NCBI RefSeq assembly: GCF_036659555.1
Contig: NZ_JAVXCI010000002.1
Span: 715 to 64,714 of the forward strand
Direction: 5' to 3'
From: Acinetobacter sp.
GTDB taxonomy: Bacteria; Pseudomonadota; Gammaproteobacteria; Pseudomonadales; Moraxellaceae
DNA length: 64,000 nucleotides
Part shown: positions 17,982 through 28,724 of the stretch, in pieces
Layout: each line of letters begins with the position of its first letter
Numbering within the stretch: the first letter of the stretch is position 1
Notes under the pieces: model-generated
The model's input: the letters and a program-made list of their open reading frames with translations, nothing else
Told to the model about the DNA's origin: nothing
Databases searched by the model: none
Translations under genes and position numbers: made by a program

Positions 17982-18503
17982 ATGCCCCCGATGAAAATAG
18001 ACCATATTCCTGATGCGATCGACCCCCGCCTGAATTTAGAACTCATCCGCGCCGAATGCCTGGAACTGGCCAAAAAGCGCGCCTATTGTTCTGCAGGCGC
18101 AGCCATCGTGCCCGTGCCGTTTTTTGATGTGGTGATTGATGTCGGCATTCTTTCGCAGCTGATTCCCGACATTAACACCCGCTTCGGCTTATCGCCCGAG
18201 CAGATCAGCGTTTATGACCCGGCCACCAAGCAGGTGCACTGGCATGAGCTGCGCAAGCGCGGCGTTGAATTTTCCGGACTGGTGGTGGCCCGCACCGCGG
18301 TGAAAAAATCCATCAACAATGCAGCCGCCAAATACATCACCAAGCAGGTAAGCAAGTTTATTCCGCTTGGCGGGCAGGCCATCGCCGCCGGGCTGGGCTA
18401 TTTCGTGATGAAAAAAGTCGCCGATGCGCATGTTGAAGACTGCTACCGCCTGGCCAAAAGCATCCAGCAGAAGCAGCAGGCTCAGGCCGCAGCGGTGCAG
18501 TAA
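17982..18503 (+). CDS. Conserved hypothetical protein (DUF697/EcsC-like)
   Basis: SAGAAIVPVPFFD and KFIPLGGQAIAAG hydrophobic hairpin motifs. Confidence 0.65.
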   Translation: MPPMKIDHIPDAIDPRLNLELIRAECLELAKKRAYCSAGAAIVPVPFFDVVIDVGILSQLIPDINTRFGLSPEQISVYDPATKQVHWHELRKRGVEFSGLVVARTAVKKSINNAAAKYITKQVSKFIPLGGQAIAAGLGYFVMKKVADAHVEDCYRLAKSIQQKQQAQAAAVQ

Positions 18504-18527
18504 GCGCGCCATGCGCAGCCGGGCAGC

Positions 18528-19946
18528 CTATTCCGCCTTCAGCTGCCTGAGGATCGCGCGCAGCACTTCCAGCCGCGCGGAATTTTTGTCATTGGCGGCG
18601 ATCACATGCCACGGCGCATAGGCCGTATCGGTGCGCTCCAGCATGTCAGCCGCAGCCTTCAGGTAGTCATCCCAGCGCTCGCGGTTGCGCCAGTCTTCCG
18701 CGGTAATTTTAAACTGCTTATGCGGCGTGCCTTCCCGCGCCTTGAAGCGCGCTTCCTGCTCGTCCTTGCTGATCGCCAGCCAGAATTTAATCACCGCCGT
18801 CTGGCTGTCATGCAGGTCTTTTTCAAAGCGGCTGATTTCCTCATAGGCGCGCTGCCACTGCACATCGCTGGCAAAGCCTTCAACGCGCTCAACCAGCACG
18901 CGGCCGTACCATGAGCGGTCAAAAATGCTGATCTTTTCTTCGGGCAGGATTTTGCTCCAGAAGCGCCATAAATACGGATGGCGCAGCTCATACTGTTCCG
19001 GCGCAGCAATGGTATGGATTTCATATTCGCGCGGATCGAGCTTTTTTACAATGCGCTTGATCGCGCCGCCCTTGCCAGCCGCGTCCATGCCCTCAAACAC
19101 AATCACCACATTGCGGCTGTCCAGGCGCATCGCTTCAGCGGCTTTCTTGCTGAGCTTTTTCAGCTCCTGCTGGTATTCCTCTTTTTCCAGCGCGCTTTCA
19201 GACGGCGCCAATAAGCATTCCGGCACCTGAGCCTGATTCCAGTTCCCTTTGGCCTTGCTCAGGTGTTCCGGGCAATGGCGCAGCGCGCGCAGGATATGCT
19301 GCGCAAACTGCTGGTCGCGCTCCTCCTCATTTTCGCAGTCAATCACCTGCCAGTCATCGGTAAAGCGCTGGCGCAGCTTCTGCAGGCTGTCGTACTGCTT
19401 TTTATTGCGCCAGTCCAGGCCATGCAGCTTATGCCAGTGCATTTCGCCGGGGGCCATATCATCCAGGCGCTTCTGCAGCGACTTCCAGGACAGGTCAAAC
19501 CAGACCTTAATCACATCCACACTGTTGTTTTTCAGGTCCTGCTCAAAAGCGCGCATATTTTCCGTGTATTCGTCAAACATGGTTTCATCAATCGGCTTCG
19601 ACACATGCATCGCGGTGGACAGCAGGTCGCTGTACCAGTTGCCGAACATCACCATAATCTGCCCTTCAGCCGGAATGAAGCGCGCATACGGCTGCCAGAA
19701 GGCCTGCTTATGGTTAAAGGCCTGCGGCGCATCCGCCTTAACCCGCAGGTAGCGCGGATCGACCCATTCCCGCAGCTGCTTGACCGCTTCTCCCTTGCCG
19801 GCCAGCTCAATGCCGCTGACCAGAATCAGCACGCTTTTGGCGTTGCTCTTGCCTCTGGTTTCTTTCAGGGCGTACTGCGCCTCGACCAGTTCCAGCGATA
19901 ATTGATCCGGGTCCATCAGCTTAATTTGATTGTCCTGTGCAGCCAT
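18528..19946 (-). CDS. pap: Polyphosphate:AMP phosphotransferase (two-domain PPK2)
   Basis: C-terminal domain has EGMDAAGKGG and FDRSWY; N-terminal domain is degenerate (SGIELAGKGE, FGNWY). Start placed at MAAQDN. Confidence 0.85.
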   Translation of the reverse strand: MAAQDNQIKLMDPDQLSLELVEAQYALKETRGKSNAKSVLILVSGIELAGKGEAVKQLREWVDPRYLRVKADAPQAFNHKQAFWQPYARFIPAEGQIMVMFGNWYSDLLSTAMHVSKPIDETMFDEYTENMRAFEQDLKNNSVDVIKVWFDLSWKSLQKRLDDMAPGEMHWHKLHGLDWRNKKQYDSLQKLRQRFTDDWQVIDCENEEERDQQFAQHILRALRHCPEHLSKAKGNWNQAQVPECLLAPSESALEKEEYQQELKKLSKKAAEAMRLDSRNVVIVFEGMDAAGKGGAIKRIVKKLDPREYEIHTIAAPEQYELRHPYLWRFWSKILPEEKISIFDRSWYGRVLVERVEGFASDVQWQRAYEEISRFEKDLHDSQTAVIKFWLAISKDEQEARFKAREGTPHKQFKITAEDWRNRERWDDYLKAAADMLERTDTAYAPWHVIAANDKNSARLEVLRAILRQLKAE

Positions 19947-20144
19947 ATTATTCTCTGATCTTTTGTTGTTAATCTGCAGTATAACCAAGCCTTTAAGCGC
20001 CCTGAATGCCCAATCCGCAGTTTTATGCAGCATTTTTTTGTGCAGACTGGCTGCCTGCAGGGCAATTTTCAGTCAATTTGTCATAGCGGGCGGAGGCAAC
20101 TGGCTCTAAAATTTGCACAACCCTGAAAATAATTGAGACGCCGC

Positions 20145-20849
20145 ATGTCCAAGCTTGCCGCTTTAGATGGCCTTTTAGAGCTGTATTACCAGCTGAACTA
20201 CCATAAGAACCCGGAAATCTACCAGCGCCTGCAGGATGTGCAGGCCTGGCAGAAACTGCGCATGCAGCGCACCCACGCCCGGCATTTTGCCGAAAAGCAG
20301 AATGCGCTGATGGCGGAATACTTCCTGAACCGGCTATACGGCGGGCCGGACTTTGACGCGCTGGCGCAGCAGATTGCCCGCCTGAACAAATATGCCCACA
20401 AAGCCGAAAAGCTGATTCCGGCAAATGCCATTAAAACCGGCACCTCCGGCGTGTCTTTGGCGATTCTCGCGGTGCAGCTGGATGAGCAGGTCGCCATGCA
20501 GCTGCTGCAGGACTATCATCCCCATGAAGCGCTGAGCGATGAGATGATGCGCCAGACCTACTTAAAGCTGGATCAGGGCCAGGGGCGCCTGCAGCAGCTG
20601 GATCTGCTGGATCTGCTGGGCAAAAGCCTGGACACCTACATGCGCTCATTTGTGGTCTACGCCGCCTTTAAAATGTGCAAGGGCGCAGCCGCCAAATACA
20701 GTTTCAACGTCATGTATGAATTCATGCAGGATGGCTTTTTGGCCATGAAACCGCTAAAGTCTGCAGAGAAGTTCGTCAAAGACTTCAGCGCGGTTGAACG
20801 GCAGATTATCGCAAAAGTGCATGCCGGCGATGCTGCGCCATTCCAGTAA
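20145..20849 (+). CDS. FFLEELY-motif family hypothetical protein
   Basis: WQK.RMQRTH...YFLNRLYGGPDF and FMQDGFLAMK motifs. Confidence 0.7.
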   Translation: MSKLAALDGLLELYYQLNYHKNPEIYQRLQDVQAWQKLRMQRTHARHFAEKQNALMAEYFLNRLYGGPDFDALAQQIARLNKYAHKAEKLIPANAIKTGTSGVSLAILAVQLDEQVAMQLLQDYHPHEALSDEMMRQTYLKLDQGQGRLQQLDLLDLLGKSLDTYMRSFVVYAAFKMCKGAAAKYSFNVMYEFMQDGFLAMKPLKSAEKFVKDFSAVERQIIAKVHAGDAAPFQ

Positions 20850-20985
20850 AGCCTGCGCGCAAAACGTGAACTTTTCTGTATATTATTCATAACAATTGCA
20901 TGATGACTGCTGTATAAGCGCCAAGAATCTGTCATCATGCATGCACCGCAGCATTCACCCTATTTTTCTGTTAGGAGCGACTCTC

Positions 20986-21930
20986 ATGTCTAATGAAAAT
21001 CAAACGCCGGCCGCAGCGGCGGAACCGGCACAAAATAAAGACACCGCGAGTCCATTCTTAACCGAACCGCTGCCGCAGGGCGCGCCGCAGGGCCAGCAGC
21101 AGTCCTTAGAGCAGCGCCTGACCGATGCGCCGGCAGCCGGCTCAGTGCCGAAATACAACCTGCCGCGCGGCGCCAATACCGGCAACGTCGGCGCAACCAC
21201 GCACTTCGGCTATCAGACCGTCAGCAGCGAAGACAAAGCGCAGAAAGTCGCGGAAGTATTCCATTCCGTGGCCAGCAAATACGACATTATGAATGACCTG
21301 ATGTCATTCGGCATTCACCGCCTGTGGAAGCGTTTCGCGATCAATATGTCCGGCGTGCGCCGCGGCCAGCATGTGCTGGACATTGCCGGCGGCACAGGCG
21401 ACCTGGCCAAAGTCTTCAGCCGTGAAGTCGGCCCGGCAGGCCATGTGGTGCTGTCAGACATCAACGAATCGATGCTGAATGTCGGCCGTGACCGCCTGAT
21501 TGACGCCGGCTGCACCAATGTCGATTTCGTTTTAGCCAATGCGGAAACTTTAGAGCCGTTTGCGGACAACAGCTTTGACCTGCTGACCATTTCGTTCGGC
21601 CTGCGCAACGTGACCGATAAGGACGCAGCGCTGGCAGCCATGTACCGCGTGCTGAAGCCGGGCGGCCGCCTGCTGGTGCTGGAATTCTCCAAGCCGGTAT
21701 TTGAGCCGTTCTCCAAGCTGTACGACCTGTATTCATTCACCGCGCTGCCGGTCATGGGCAAAATCATCGCCAATGACGCTGAAAGCTACAAATACCTGGC
21801 CGAATCGATCCGCATGCATCCCGACCAGCGCACGCTGAAAGGCATGATGGAAAATGCCGGCTTCCAGAACTGCGACTACCATAACCTGACCGGCGGCATT
21901 GTCGCGGTTCACCGCGGCTTTAAGCTCTAA
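20986..21930 (+). CDS. ubiE: Ubiquinone/menaquinone C-methyltransferase UbiE, with N-terminal extension
   Basis: [39 protein letters not shown] and FGLRNVT motifs; AGGAG RBS before 20986. Confidence 0.96.
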   Translation: MSNENQTPAAAAEPAQNKDTASPFLTEPLPQGAPQGQQQSLEQRLTDAPAAGSVPKYNLPRGANTGNVGATTHFGYQTVSSEDKAQKVAEVFHSVASKYDIMNDLMSFGIHRLWKRFAINMSGVRRGQHVLDIAGGTGDLAKVFSREVGPAGHVVLSDINESMLNVGRDRLIDAGCTNVDFVLANAETLEPFADNSFDLLTISFGLRNVTDKDAALAAMYRVLKPGGRLLVLEFSKPVFEPFSKLYDLYSFTALPVMGKIIANDAESYKYLAESIRMHPDQRTLKGMMENAGFQNCDYHNLTGGIVAVHRGFKL

Positions 21931-21948
21931 GCGGCTCAGGTCAGACTT

Positions 21949-22623
21949 ATGTGGGCAATTCTAGCGCTGGGCGCCGCCGAACGATTAATTCACCATGTCA
22001 TTGATTTGGATGCGCTTAGCCGCATCCAGCTCAACACGCTGCAAGGCAAAATGCTGCGGGTCGTGATTGCCTCGCCGCAGCTGTCGGTTGATGTGTTCTT
22101 TGATGACGGCAAAGTCCGCCTGGAGCCAACCGCCGCGGGGCATGCTGAAAGCGCTTCCATTTTTGAGCAGCGCCCGTTTGAACAGGCCGCTCAAATGACC
22201 GAAGCCACGGCCACGCTGCAGGTCAAAAACACGGTTGAACTGATCCGGCTGCTGCTGGCGGATGAGGTCGGCACGATTCCTGTGCAGGGCGACTACCGCA
22301 TGCTGCAGGAGATTCAGCGCATCATCAGCCAGGCCGAGCCTGACCTGGCCGCGCATTTATCGCCGTGGATCGGCCCCGCCCTCGCGCATGAAATCGGCAA
22401 AATCCAGCTGGCGCCGAAGCATTTGAAGCGCGCGCTGCAAAGCCATCTGTTCTTTGCCGAAGACGCCTTGAAAGAGGACTCCGGCCTGCTGGCGCCGCGC
22501 TGGCAGATGGATGACTTAAATCAGGATACCCGCCTGCTTAATCAGAATTTAGACCGCGTAGAAGCCAAAATCCGGCAGCTGCAGGCGCAAATTGACGCTT
22601 TACAAGATACAACTCAAAACTAG
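21949..22623 (+). CDS. ubiJ: Ubiquinone biosynthesis accessory factor UbiJ (SCP2 domain)
   Basis: Between ubiE and ubiB; SCP2-like N-terminus and C-terminal coiled coil LDRVEAKIRQL. Confidence 0.8.
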   Translation: MWAILALGAAERLIHHVIDLDALSRIQLNTLQGKMLRVVIASPQLSVDVFFDDGKVRLEPTAAGHAESASIFEQRPFEQAAQMTEATATLQVKNTVELIRLLLADEVGTIPVQGDYRMLQEIQRIISQAEPDLAAHLSPWIGPALAHEIGKIQLAPKHLKRALQSHLFFAEDALKEDSGLLAPRWQMDDLNQDTRLLNQNLDRVEAKIRQLQAQIDALQDTTQN

Positions 22624-22635
22624 GTATTTGCTCTT

Positions 22636-24255
22636 ATGATTCCGCACCTTACACGTTTACTCGACCTTTGGCGCATCGCCGCGCACTATAGACTCGACAC
22701 GTTGTTCCCTGCGGAAGAGCTGCCTGAAAAAACGCGCCATATCCTGCGCGTCATCCGCATGCACCCGGCCGCGTGGTCCAGCAGGGAGCGCAAGAATCCG
22801 CTCAAGCTGAAGCAGGCGCTGGAAGATATGGGGCCTTTGGCGATTAAGCTGGGGCAGCTGCTGTCCACCCGCCGCGACCTGATTCCGCCTGAAGTCCTGC
22901 AGCAGCTGGTGCTGCTGCAGGACCGGGTCAAGCCTTTCGGCTCAGATGTGGCGAAAATGCGCATTCAGCAGTCGCTGAAGGCCGACATCGGCACCCTGTT
23001 TGCCCGCTTTGATGAACAGCCTTTAGCAGCGGCCTCAATTGCGCAAGTGCATACCGCTGCCCTGCATGACGGCCGCGAAGTGGTGGTGAAAGTCACCCGC
23101 CCCGACATCCGCAGCCAAATTCTGCAGGACTTTGAAATTTTAGAATGGCTGGGCAATTTTCTGGAAAAGCGCCTTGAAGCCGCCCGCGCCCTGCACCTGT
23201 CTGAAATCATTCAGGACTACCGCCAGATTATCCTGAAAGAGCTGGACCTGACGCTGGAAGCCGACAATACCCGCCGCATGCGCCACTATTTTACCGGCTC
23301 CAGCATGATGTACGTGCCAGAAGTCTATATGGACAGCAAAGACGTGATGGTGGCGGAGCGCATTACCGGCGTGCCGATTTCAGATACTGCAACCTTTGAC
23401 AAGCTGGGCATGGACCGCAGGGACTTGGCGGAAAAAGGCCTGACCATTTTCTTTACCCAGGTCTTCCGCGACAACTTCTTCCATGCCGACATGCACCCCG
23501 GCAACGTCTTTGTCGAGACCATCAATCCGGTCAATCCGCGCTTTATTGCGCTGGACTGCGCGATTATGGGCGAGCTGTCCAGACACGACCAAATGACCGT
23601 GGCGCGCATGCTGCTGGCAGTCATGAACAGCGACTTCATGCAGCTGATTCAGATTGTGCATCAGGCCGGCTGGATTCCGCCCGGCACCGATCAGGATGCG
23701 CTGGCGCGCGAAATGCGCCGCACCGTCGGGCCGATGGTGTCCAAGCCGATGCATGAGCTGGACTTTGCTGGCATCCTGATTGGCGTGATGGATATTGCGC
23801 GGCGCTTCCATCTGGAAATTCCGCCGCAGCTGATGCTGCTGCTGAAAACTCTGGTGCATGTGGAAGGCTTAGGCACAGACTTATACCCTGAACTGGACAT
23901 TTGGAGCCTGGCGAAGCCAATCCTCAGTGATTGGATCAAGGCGCAAATGAACCCGCAGAAAAACCTGAAAGAGCTGGGGCAGAAGATTCCTGACCTGCTG
24001 CTTGGCGCGCAGGACTGGCCAACCCTGATGATTGACAGCCTGAACGGCTTGAAAAACCAGTCAGCCTGGCATGCCAAACAGCTGCATGAGCTGCAGCGCA
24101 TGCGCCTGCAGATGGAGCATCAGCAGAAGCGCAGCTGGATTTTCGGCAGCCTGATGGCGGTTCTGCTGTCTGTTGCAGTGATTGCGCCGTGGTATGCTTC
24201 TATTGTTTTAATTGCGCTGGCCAGCCTGCTTGCCATCTGGCGGATTTTCAAATAA
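22636..24255 (+). CDS. ubiB: ABC1/UbiB atypical kinase
   Basis: KLGQLLSTRRDL, AAASIAQVH, VVVKV and FFHADMHPGN motifs; C-terminal TM helices. Confidence 0.95.
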   Translation: MIPHLTRLLDLWRIAAHYRLDTLFPAEELPEKTRHILRVIRMHPAAWSSRERKNPLKLKQALEDMGPLAIKLGQLLSTRRDLIPPEVLQQLVLLQDRVKPFGSDVAKMRIQQSLKADIGTLFARFDEQPLAAASIAQVHTAALHDGREVVVKVTRPDIRSQILQDFEILEWLGNFLEKRLEAARALHLSEIIQDYRQIILKELDLTLEADNTRRMRHYFTGSSMMYVPEVYMDSKDVMVAERITGVPISDTATFDKLGMDRRDLAEKGLTIFFTQVFRDNFFHADMHPGNVFVETINPVNPRFIALDCAIMGELSRHDQMTVARMLLAVMNSDFMQLIQIVHQAGWIPPGTDQDALAREMRRTVGPMVSKPMHELDFAGILIGVMDIARRFHLEIPPQLMLLLKTLVHVEGLGTDLYPELDIWSLAKPILSDWIKAQMNPQKNLKELGQKIPDLLLGAQDWPTLMIDSLNGLKNQSAWHAKQLHELQRMRLQMEHQQKRSWIFGSLMAVLLSVAVIAPWYASIVLIALASLLAIWRIFK

Positions 24256-24624
24256 GCGCTGATCATCCTGCGCAGGCTGGCCAATTGACTGACGGCCGGC
24301 CTTCGCTTTTTTCAGCAGCTCAAAGCCATTTTACTGAAAACACTTTTAAGTTAAAATTACATGAAATACAAAATGTTACCAATGAATTTAAAAAAATATT
24401 CAAGTAATTTTTAATGCTTTACTTTGCAAAATTGATTAAAAAATACCCATAAAATCAAATAACTCATTCAGAGAATCATTGAAATAATATTTTGATTTCA
24501 TAACTTTATTGCGCAAAAACTCCTGCGGGCAGCTTATATGCGCGCTGGGCTGTGTGTTTTTTTGCTTATTTTTTTTGCTATAACCACAGAACAGCATCTA
24601 ATAACTATCTTTTAGGGGAAAATA

Positions 24625-26148
24625 ATGTTTAATAACACCTTTAAGTATTCAGTTCTAGCCGTAGCCTTATCCGCAGTATTAACCGCCTGCGGCGGCAGCA
24701 ATAATTACAACAGCGCAACGCCATTTCAGCCTAAAACCGTCAGCGGCACAGCGGTTGACTTTTATTTAGCCAATGCCACAGTTCAGTTTGATGACTGTGA
24801 AGACGCCAACGGCCAGCCGGTTTTTGTTGAAACCGAAAGTGACGGAAGTTTCAGTTTCAGCACTCAGGAAACATGCCAAAGCTCAGCCCTTACCATTACC
24901 GGCGGCACAGACACCGTCACCGGCCTGCCATTTACCGGCACGCTGAAACTGAAAGCAGTCAATCTGCAGAACCTGAGCGGAGGCATTCATGTCACGCCGC
25001 TGACCACCCTGCAATCCTATTCAGGCTCCAGCCAGAATTCCGGCATTAAGCCCATTCTGGAAAAACTCGGCTTATCGGCAGGCACCATAAATACGCTTGA
25101 AAGCCGGGGCTTCGATCTGTCTAAGTTTGACCCGGCAGCTGAAGGATCATCGCAGGATATGGCCGTTCTTTTTATGGTGCAGCAGCTTGCCAACCAGATT
25201 GAAGACGGCCTGCAGGCGGCGGATCTGACTTCAGAGCAGGCTACAGCCATCGCTTTCGAATCCATTGCAGAGCAAGTTCAGAACGCCCCGCTATTCAATG
25301 CAGGCAGCGTGGCAATTAATGCTGCTGCGCTGCAGGGCATTTTGGATGCGTCTGTCAGCAAGGCTGCTCAGCAAACAGGCGATAATGCCGTCAGTATTGA
25401 TAAAACCAAAATCAACAGCAACATCAGCACAATTTCAAATGCTTTGGCTGCAGTTGCCAGCAATCCTGATGCACCCGCCGCCAGCCTGCAAACCGCCATT
25501 GCATCAGATCCAGCGGTATTGAGCGCCATTCAGGACAGCGTAAAAGCGCCAGTGTATTCCGGCTTCAGCCTGGCCGGCAAGTCAATCGCTGAGCTTAAAA
25601 ATTCCAGCAGCGCCGCGCCTTTGCCGATCAACTTAGCCGGCATCAGCAATGCGCTGACCGTCGACTTCAAGCTGGACAATGCCAGCACGGCGCTGAAAGA
25701 CACGGTGAAGCTAGCCTTTAATCTGGCGGTGCAGCGCGGCGCCCTGCAGCAAACGCTGGACGTATCCATCAGCAATATTGCCTTAAACTACAGCAGCAGC
25801 GGCGCCATTACATCGGCGGTGATTCCTGCCGGAACCAAAATCAGTATTGCCTCTACGGTAAGCGGCGTAAGCCAGTCCAGCATCACGCTGACCAGTGATG
25901 TCAATATTGCAGCAAACGGCGGCGTCATTTCGCTGCAGAACCTGATTGACAGCAATGAATTTATACAAACCAACTACACTATTTATGCAAACAAGCTGGC
26001 CGCCAATGACACCGTCAGCGTCACCGCTTTTGTTCTGCCAATGACCTATGTGGTTGACGCCAGCCTTGGACTGACCGCGGCTGCTGCCAATTTTGGCGGA
26101 GACAGCTTTATCGGCAGCACGCTCACAGCCTACTTCAAACTGAACTGA
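24625..26148 (+). CDS. Uncharacterised surface lipoprotein (A/S/T/N-rich)
   Basis: Lipobox LTAC followed by a GGS linker; GTAVDFYLANATV...GGTD..TG...VTPLTTL beta-sandwich motif typical of surface proteins. Confidence 0.8.
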   Translation: MFNNTFKYSVLAVALSAVLTACGGSNNYNSATPFQPKTVSGTAVDFYLANATVQFDDCEDANGQPVFVETESDGSFSFSTQETCQSSALTITGGTDTVTGLPFTGTLKLKAVNLQNLSGGIHVTPLTTLQSYSGSSQNSGIKPILEKLGLSAGTINTLESRGFDLSKFDPAAEGSSQDMAVLFMVQQLANQIEDGLQAADLTSEQATAIAFESIAEQVQNAPLFNAGSVAINAAALQGILDASVSKAAQQTGDNAVSIDKTKINSNISTISNALAAVASNPDAPAASLQTAIASDPAVLSAIQDSVKAPVYSGFSLAGKSIAELKNSSSAAPLPINLAGISNALTVDFKLDNASTALKDTVKLAFNLAVQRGALQQTLDVSISNIALNYSSSGAITSAVIPAGTKISIASTVSGVSQSSITLTSDVNIAANGGVISLQNLIDSNEFIQTNYTIYANKLAANDTVSVTAFVLPMTYVVDASLGLTAAAANFGGDSFIGSTLTAYFKLN

Positions 26149-26158
26149 CCACCGCTTC

Positions 26159-26190
26159 AAAGCCAGTTTCCGAACTGGCTTTTGCTTTTT
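26159..26190 (+). terminator. Intrinsic terminator between lipoprotein and beta-barrel genes
   Basis: aaagccagtt-tccg-aactggcttt followed by tgcttttt. Confidence 0.75.
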
Positions 26191-26217
26191 TAGGCTTAAC
26201 TTTGAGTGGTGTTAACT

Positions 26218-27324
26218 ATGCAGCGCAAACTTGCATTATTCTGCAGCGGCCTTTTCATTTCATTGCACAGCGCAGCTGCTCCAAGCGACCTTTTCCTTCA
26301 AGCCAAAGACCTGACTGCTGACTCTTCAAGCTCGGCGCTGCACGTCACCTTGGCGGCGGATGCGCTCAATGACACGATTGATGTATTTGACCTTAGGGAA
26401 AATGAAGGCATCACCGATACATCGGCAGGCGACTATCAGGGCTTTCATCTGGCCACCTTATACGACTTCAGCCCGGCATGGTCGATTGAAGGCGCTTACT
26501 GGCGCCGTGAAATTGACTACGGCCATGACCGCAATAAAATTCACAGCGCCCTACTGGGCGCCCGCTTCAGCCCGGCCTTCAATTTAAGCAAAAATGATGC
26601 GGTCAGCTTCCGCAGCAGCTTCTGGCTGAATCAGGCAGACACACTGAGCAAAACCACCCCAACCCAAGTCAACACGCAGACCTTCAATCAGATCAGCGTA
26701 GACTCGCCGGAAGACTGGCAGCTGCAGCTGGACGCCATTTTTTCACACCGGCTGAATCCGATGAATCAGCTGAACGCCTTCGCCAGCCTCGGCTACAGCA
26801 AAGTTGAAGTCAGCGGCTTGGATATCCAGGCGCTGTATCAGGGCTGCTTAATAAATGTCGCAGTCAACGGCAGCAATCAGTACACCGGCAATTTAGCGCG
26901 CCCATGCGATGTGGGCGGCGTGACCCTCACCGACTTGAACGTTCAGGGAAACGCCAGCGACTATGGGCTGGATGTGCAGCAGGATCTGAACTATGACAGC
27001 TATTTTGCCAGCGCCGGCGGTTCATGGAACTGGCGCTACAAAAAGTTTGAAAGCCAGCTGGCTTACCAGTATCAGCGCTTATGGCGCGACAGCATTGATG
27101 ACCGGGTCAGCAGCTTTGGCAATCAGGCCATTAAGGACAACCATACCTTAGGCGCTAAATTCAGCTATGATTTTACGCCCCAAATCACAGGGTTCCTGCA
27201 GGGCGAACTGTATCAGCGCAATTTTGTCGGGCAGATTCCATTTTTATACAACAGCATCACCGCAGACCGGCTGGATAAGCGCTATGGCTTAGCCTCGCTG
27301 GGCGTTCAGTTCCATCATTTTTAA
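26218..27324 (+). CDS. Uncharacterised outer-membrane beta-barrel protein
   Basis: Signal peptide, amphipathic aromatic strands, C-terminal strand ASLGVQFHHF ending in Phe. Confidence 0.72.
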   Translation: MQRKLALFCSGLFISLHSAAAPSDLFLQAKDLTADSSSSALHVTLAADALNDTIDVFDLRENEGITDTSAGDYQGFHLATLYDFSPAWSIEGAYWRREIDYGHDRNKIHSALLGARFSPAFNLSKNDAVSFRSSFWLNQADTLSKTTPTQVNTQTFNQISVDSPEDWQLQLDAIFSHRLNPMNQLNAFASLGYSKVEVSGLDIQALYQGCLINVAVNGSNQYTGNLARPCDVGGVTLTDLNVQGNASDYGLDVQQDLNYDSYFASAGGSWNWRYKKFESQLAYQYQRLWRDSIDDRVSSFGNQAIKDNHTLGAKFSYDFTPQITGFLQGELYQRNFVGQIPFLYNSITADRLDKRYGLASLGVQFHHF

Positions 27325-27349
27325 CTCAGCCGAACCCGCTTTTTAAGGC

Positions 27350-27382
27350 CGCCTTGCATTGACAATACAAGGCGGTTTTTTC
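27350..27382 (+). terminator. Intrinsic terminator
   Basis: cgccttgcattg-a-caatacaaggcg followed by a T tract. Confidence 0.65.
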
Positions 27383-27580
27383 AATTCTGAAATGGACTGC
27401 GCTGCAGTGCGCCAACGGCAATCCGGGAAAGCAGCGCGCAATTGAATGCAGCCGATTGGCACAAAACCGCATTCAGCCGGGGCGAAAATGACTATGCAGT
27501 CATGATTGGGCGCTTATCGCCATTGGGTCAGCCCGGCTTTGCCATAGAATAAATGCACATGTGTATTTTCAGGCGACGCC

Positions 27581-28660
27581 ATGACCCAAATTCTGCAAAA
27601 GCGCTCCCCCGCTCTGACCATCCGCGCTGGCGCAATTGCACAGCAGCTGATTGCAAAAGAAGGCCTGCAGGCCAGCCAAGTGGATATTCTGCCGGGCGCG
27701 GCCGGCGGGCCAAAAGGCATCGGCATTCAGGGGCTGGATCAGGCGGTTTTCGGAAGTTTCCTGCCGCGCTCGCCGCGCCGGCGCACCCTGATCGGCTCAT
27801 CCATTGGCGCCTGGCGCTTTGCCAGCATTGCGGCCTGGGGCGCAAAAGCCGGCACGGAGCGCCTAGCTGAGCTGTACACTCATTTGCATTTTGATCAAAA
27901 GATGCCGCGCTTTGAAGTCGCGGAAATCTGCAAAAACATGCTGCTGGATTTGCTCGGCGGGCAGCAGCAGCGGCTGATTGATCATCCTCAGTTGCATTTA
28001 ACTGTGCTTTCAGTCAAGGCGCGCCACTTGTTTGCAAGCGACAAAGCGCTGCCTCTGCTGGCTTCAGTGGCGGGGATTATCGGCAGCAATGCGCTTGGCC
28101 GCAGGCATAGCCGCCATTTTATGCAGCGGGTGATCAGCCAGCCGGCTGCCGGCCCGCAGTTTCAAGTCAGCGATGACTTCACGACACATTATCAAACCTT
28201 AAATTCAGGCAATGCGCTGGACTGGCTGATGGCTTCCGCCTCAATCCCCGGCGTAATGGCCGCCGTGCGCGGCATTCAGGATGCGCCGCAAGGCAGCTAC
28301 CGTGACGGCGGGCTGATTGACTATCATCTGGATCTGCCGTTCAGCAGCCAGGGCATTGTGCTGTATCCGCATTTTACCGACAGCATTACCCCCGGCTGGT
28401 TCGACAAAATGCTGAAAAGCCGCAAAGCCAGCCCGGAAAATCAGGCGCGCACCCTGCTGCTCTCGCCTTCGGCGGACTATCTGCGCAGCCTGCCTCTGGG
28501 CCGCCTGCCTGACCGCAAAGACTTTACTTTAAAGGGCCTGGATCAGCAGCAGCGGATCAGGCTGTGGAAGCAGTCAGTGGCTGAAAGCCAGCGCCTGGGC
28601 GATGAATTTCTGGAAATGGCGGAAAAGCAGAATTTTGCGCAGTTTATGCAGCCGCTTTAG
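27581..28660 (+). CDS. Patatin-like phospholipase family protein
   Basis: GAAGGPKG glycine loop, GSSIG nucleophile elbow and DGG motif. Confidence 0.85.
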   Translation: MTQILQKRSPALTIRAGAIAQQLIAKEGLQASQVDILPGAAGGPKGIGIQGLDQAVFGSFLPRSPRRRTLIGSSIGAWRFASIAAWGAKAGTERLAELYTHLHFDQKMPRFEVAEICKNMLLDLLGGQQQRLIDHPQLHLTVLSVKARHLFASDKALPLLASVAGIIGSNALGRRHSRHFMQRVISQPAAGPQFQVSDDFTTHYQTLNSGNALDWLMASASIPGVMAAVRGIQDAPQGSYRDGGLIDYHLDLPFSSQGIVLYPHFTDSITPGWFDKMLKSRKASPENQARTLLLSPSADYLRSLPLGRLPDRKDFTLKGLDQQQRIRLWKQSVAESQRLGDEFLEMAEKQNFAQFMQPL

Positions 28661-28724
28661 GGAGGGTGCGCCATCTTGAATAGGCTTGTATAATCTTTGG
28701 CAATTTTGAAGATATTAGAGTTTT

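Noticed and set aside
24465-24483. Fur box upstream of the lipoprotein gene
   Set aside because: Only about 11/19 match in very AT-rich DNA; not distinguishable from chance.
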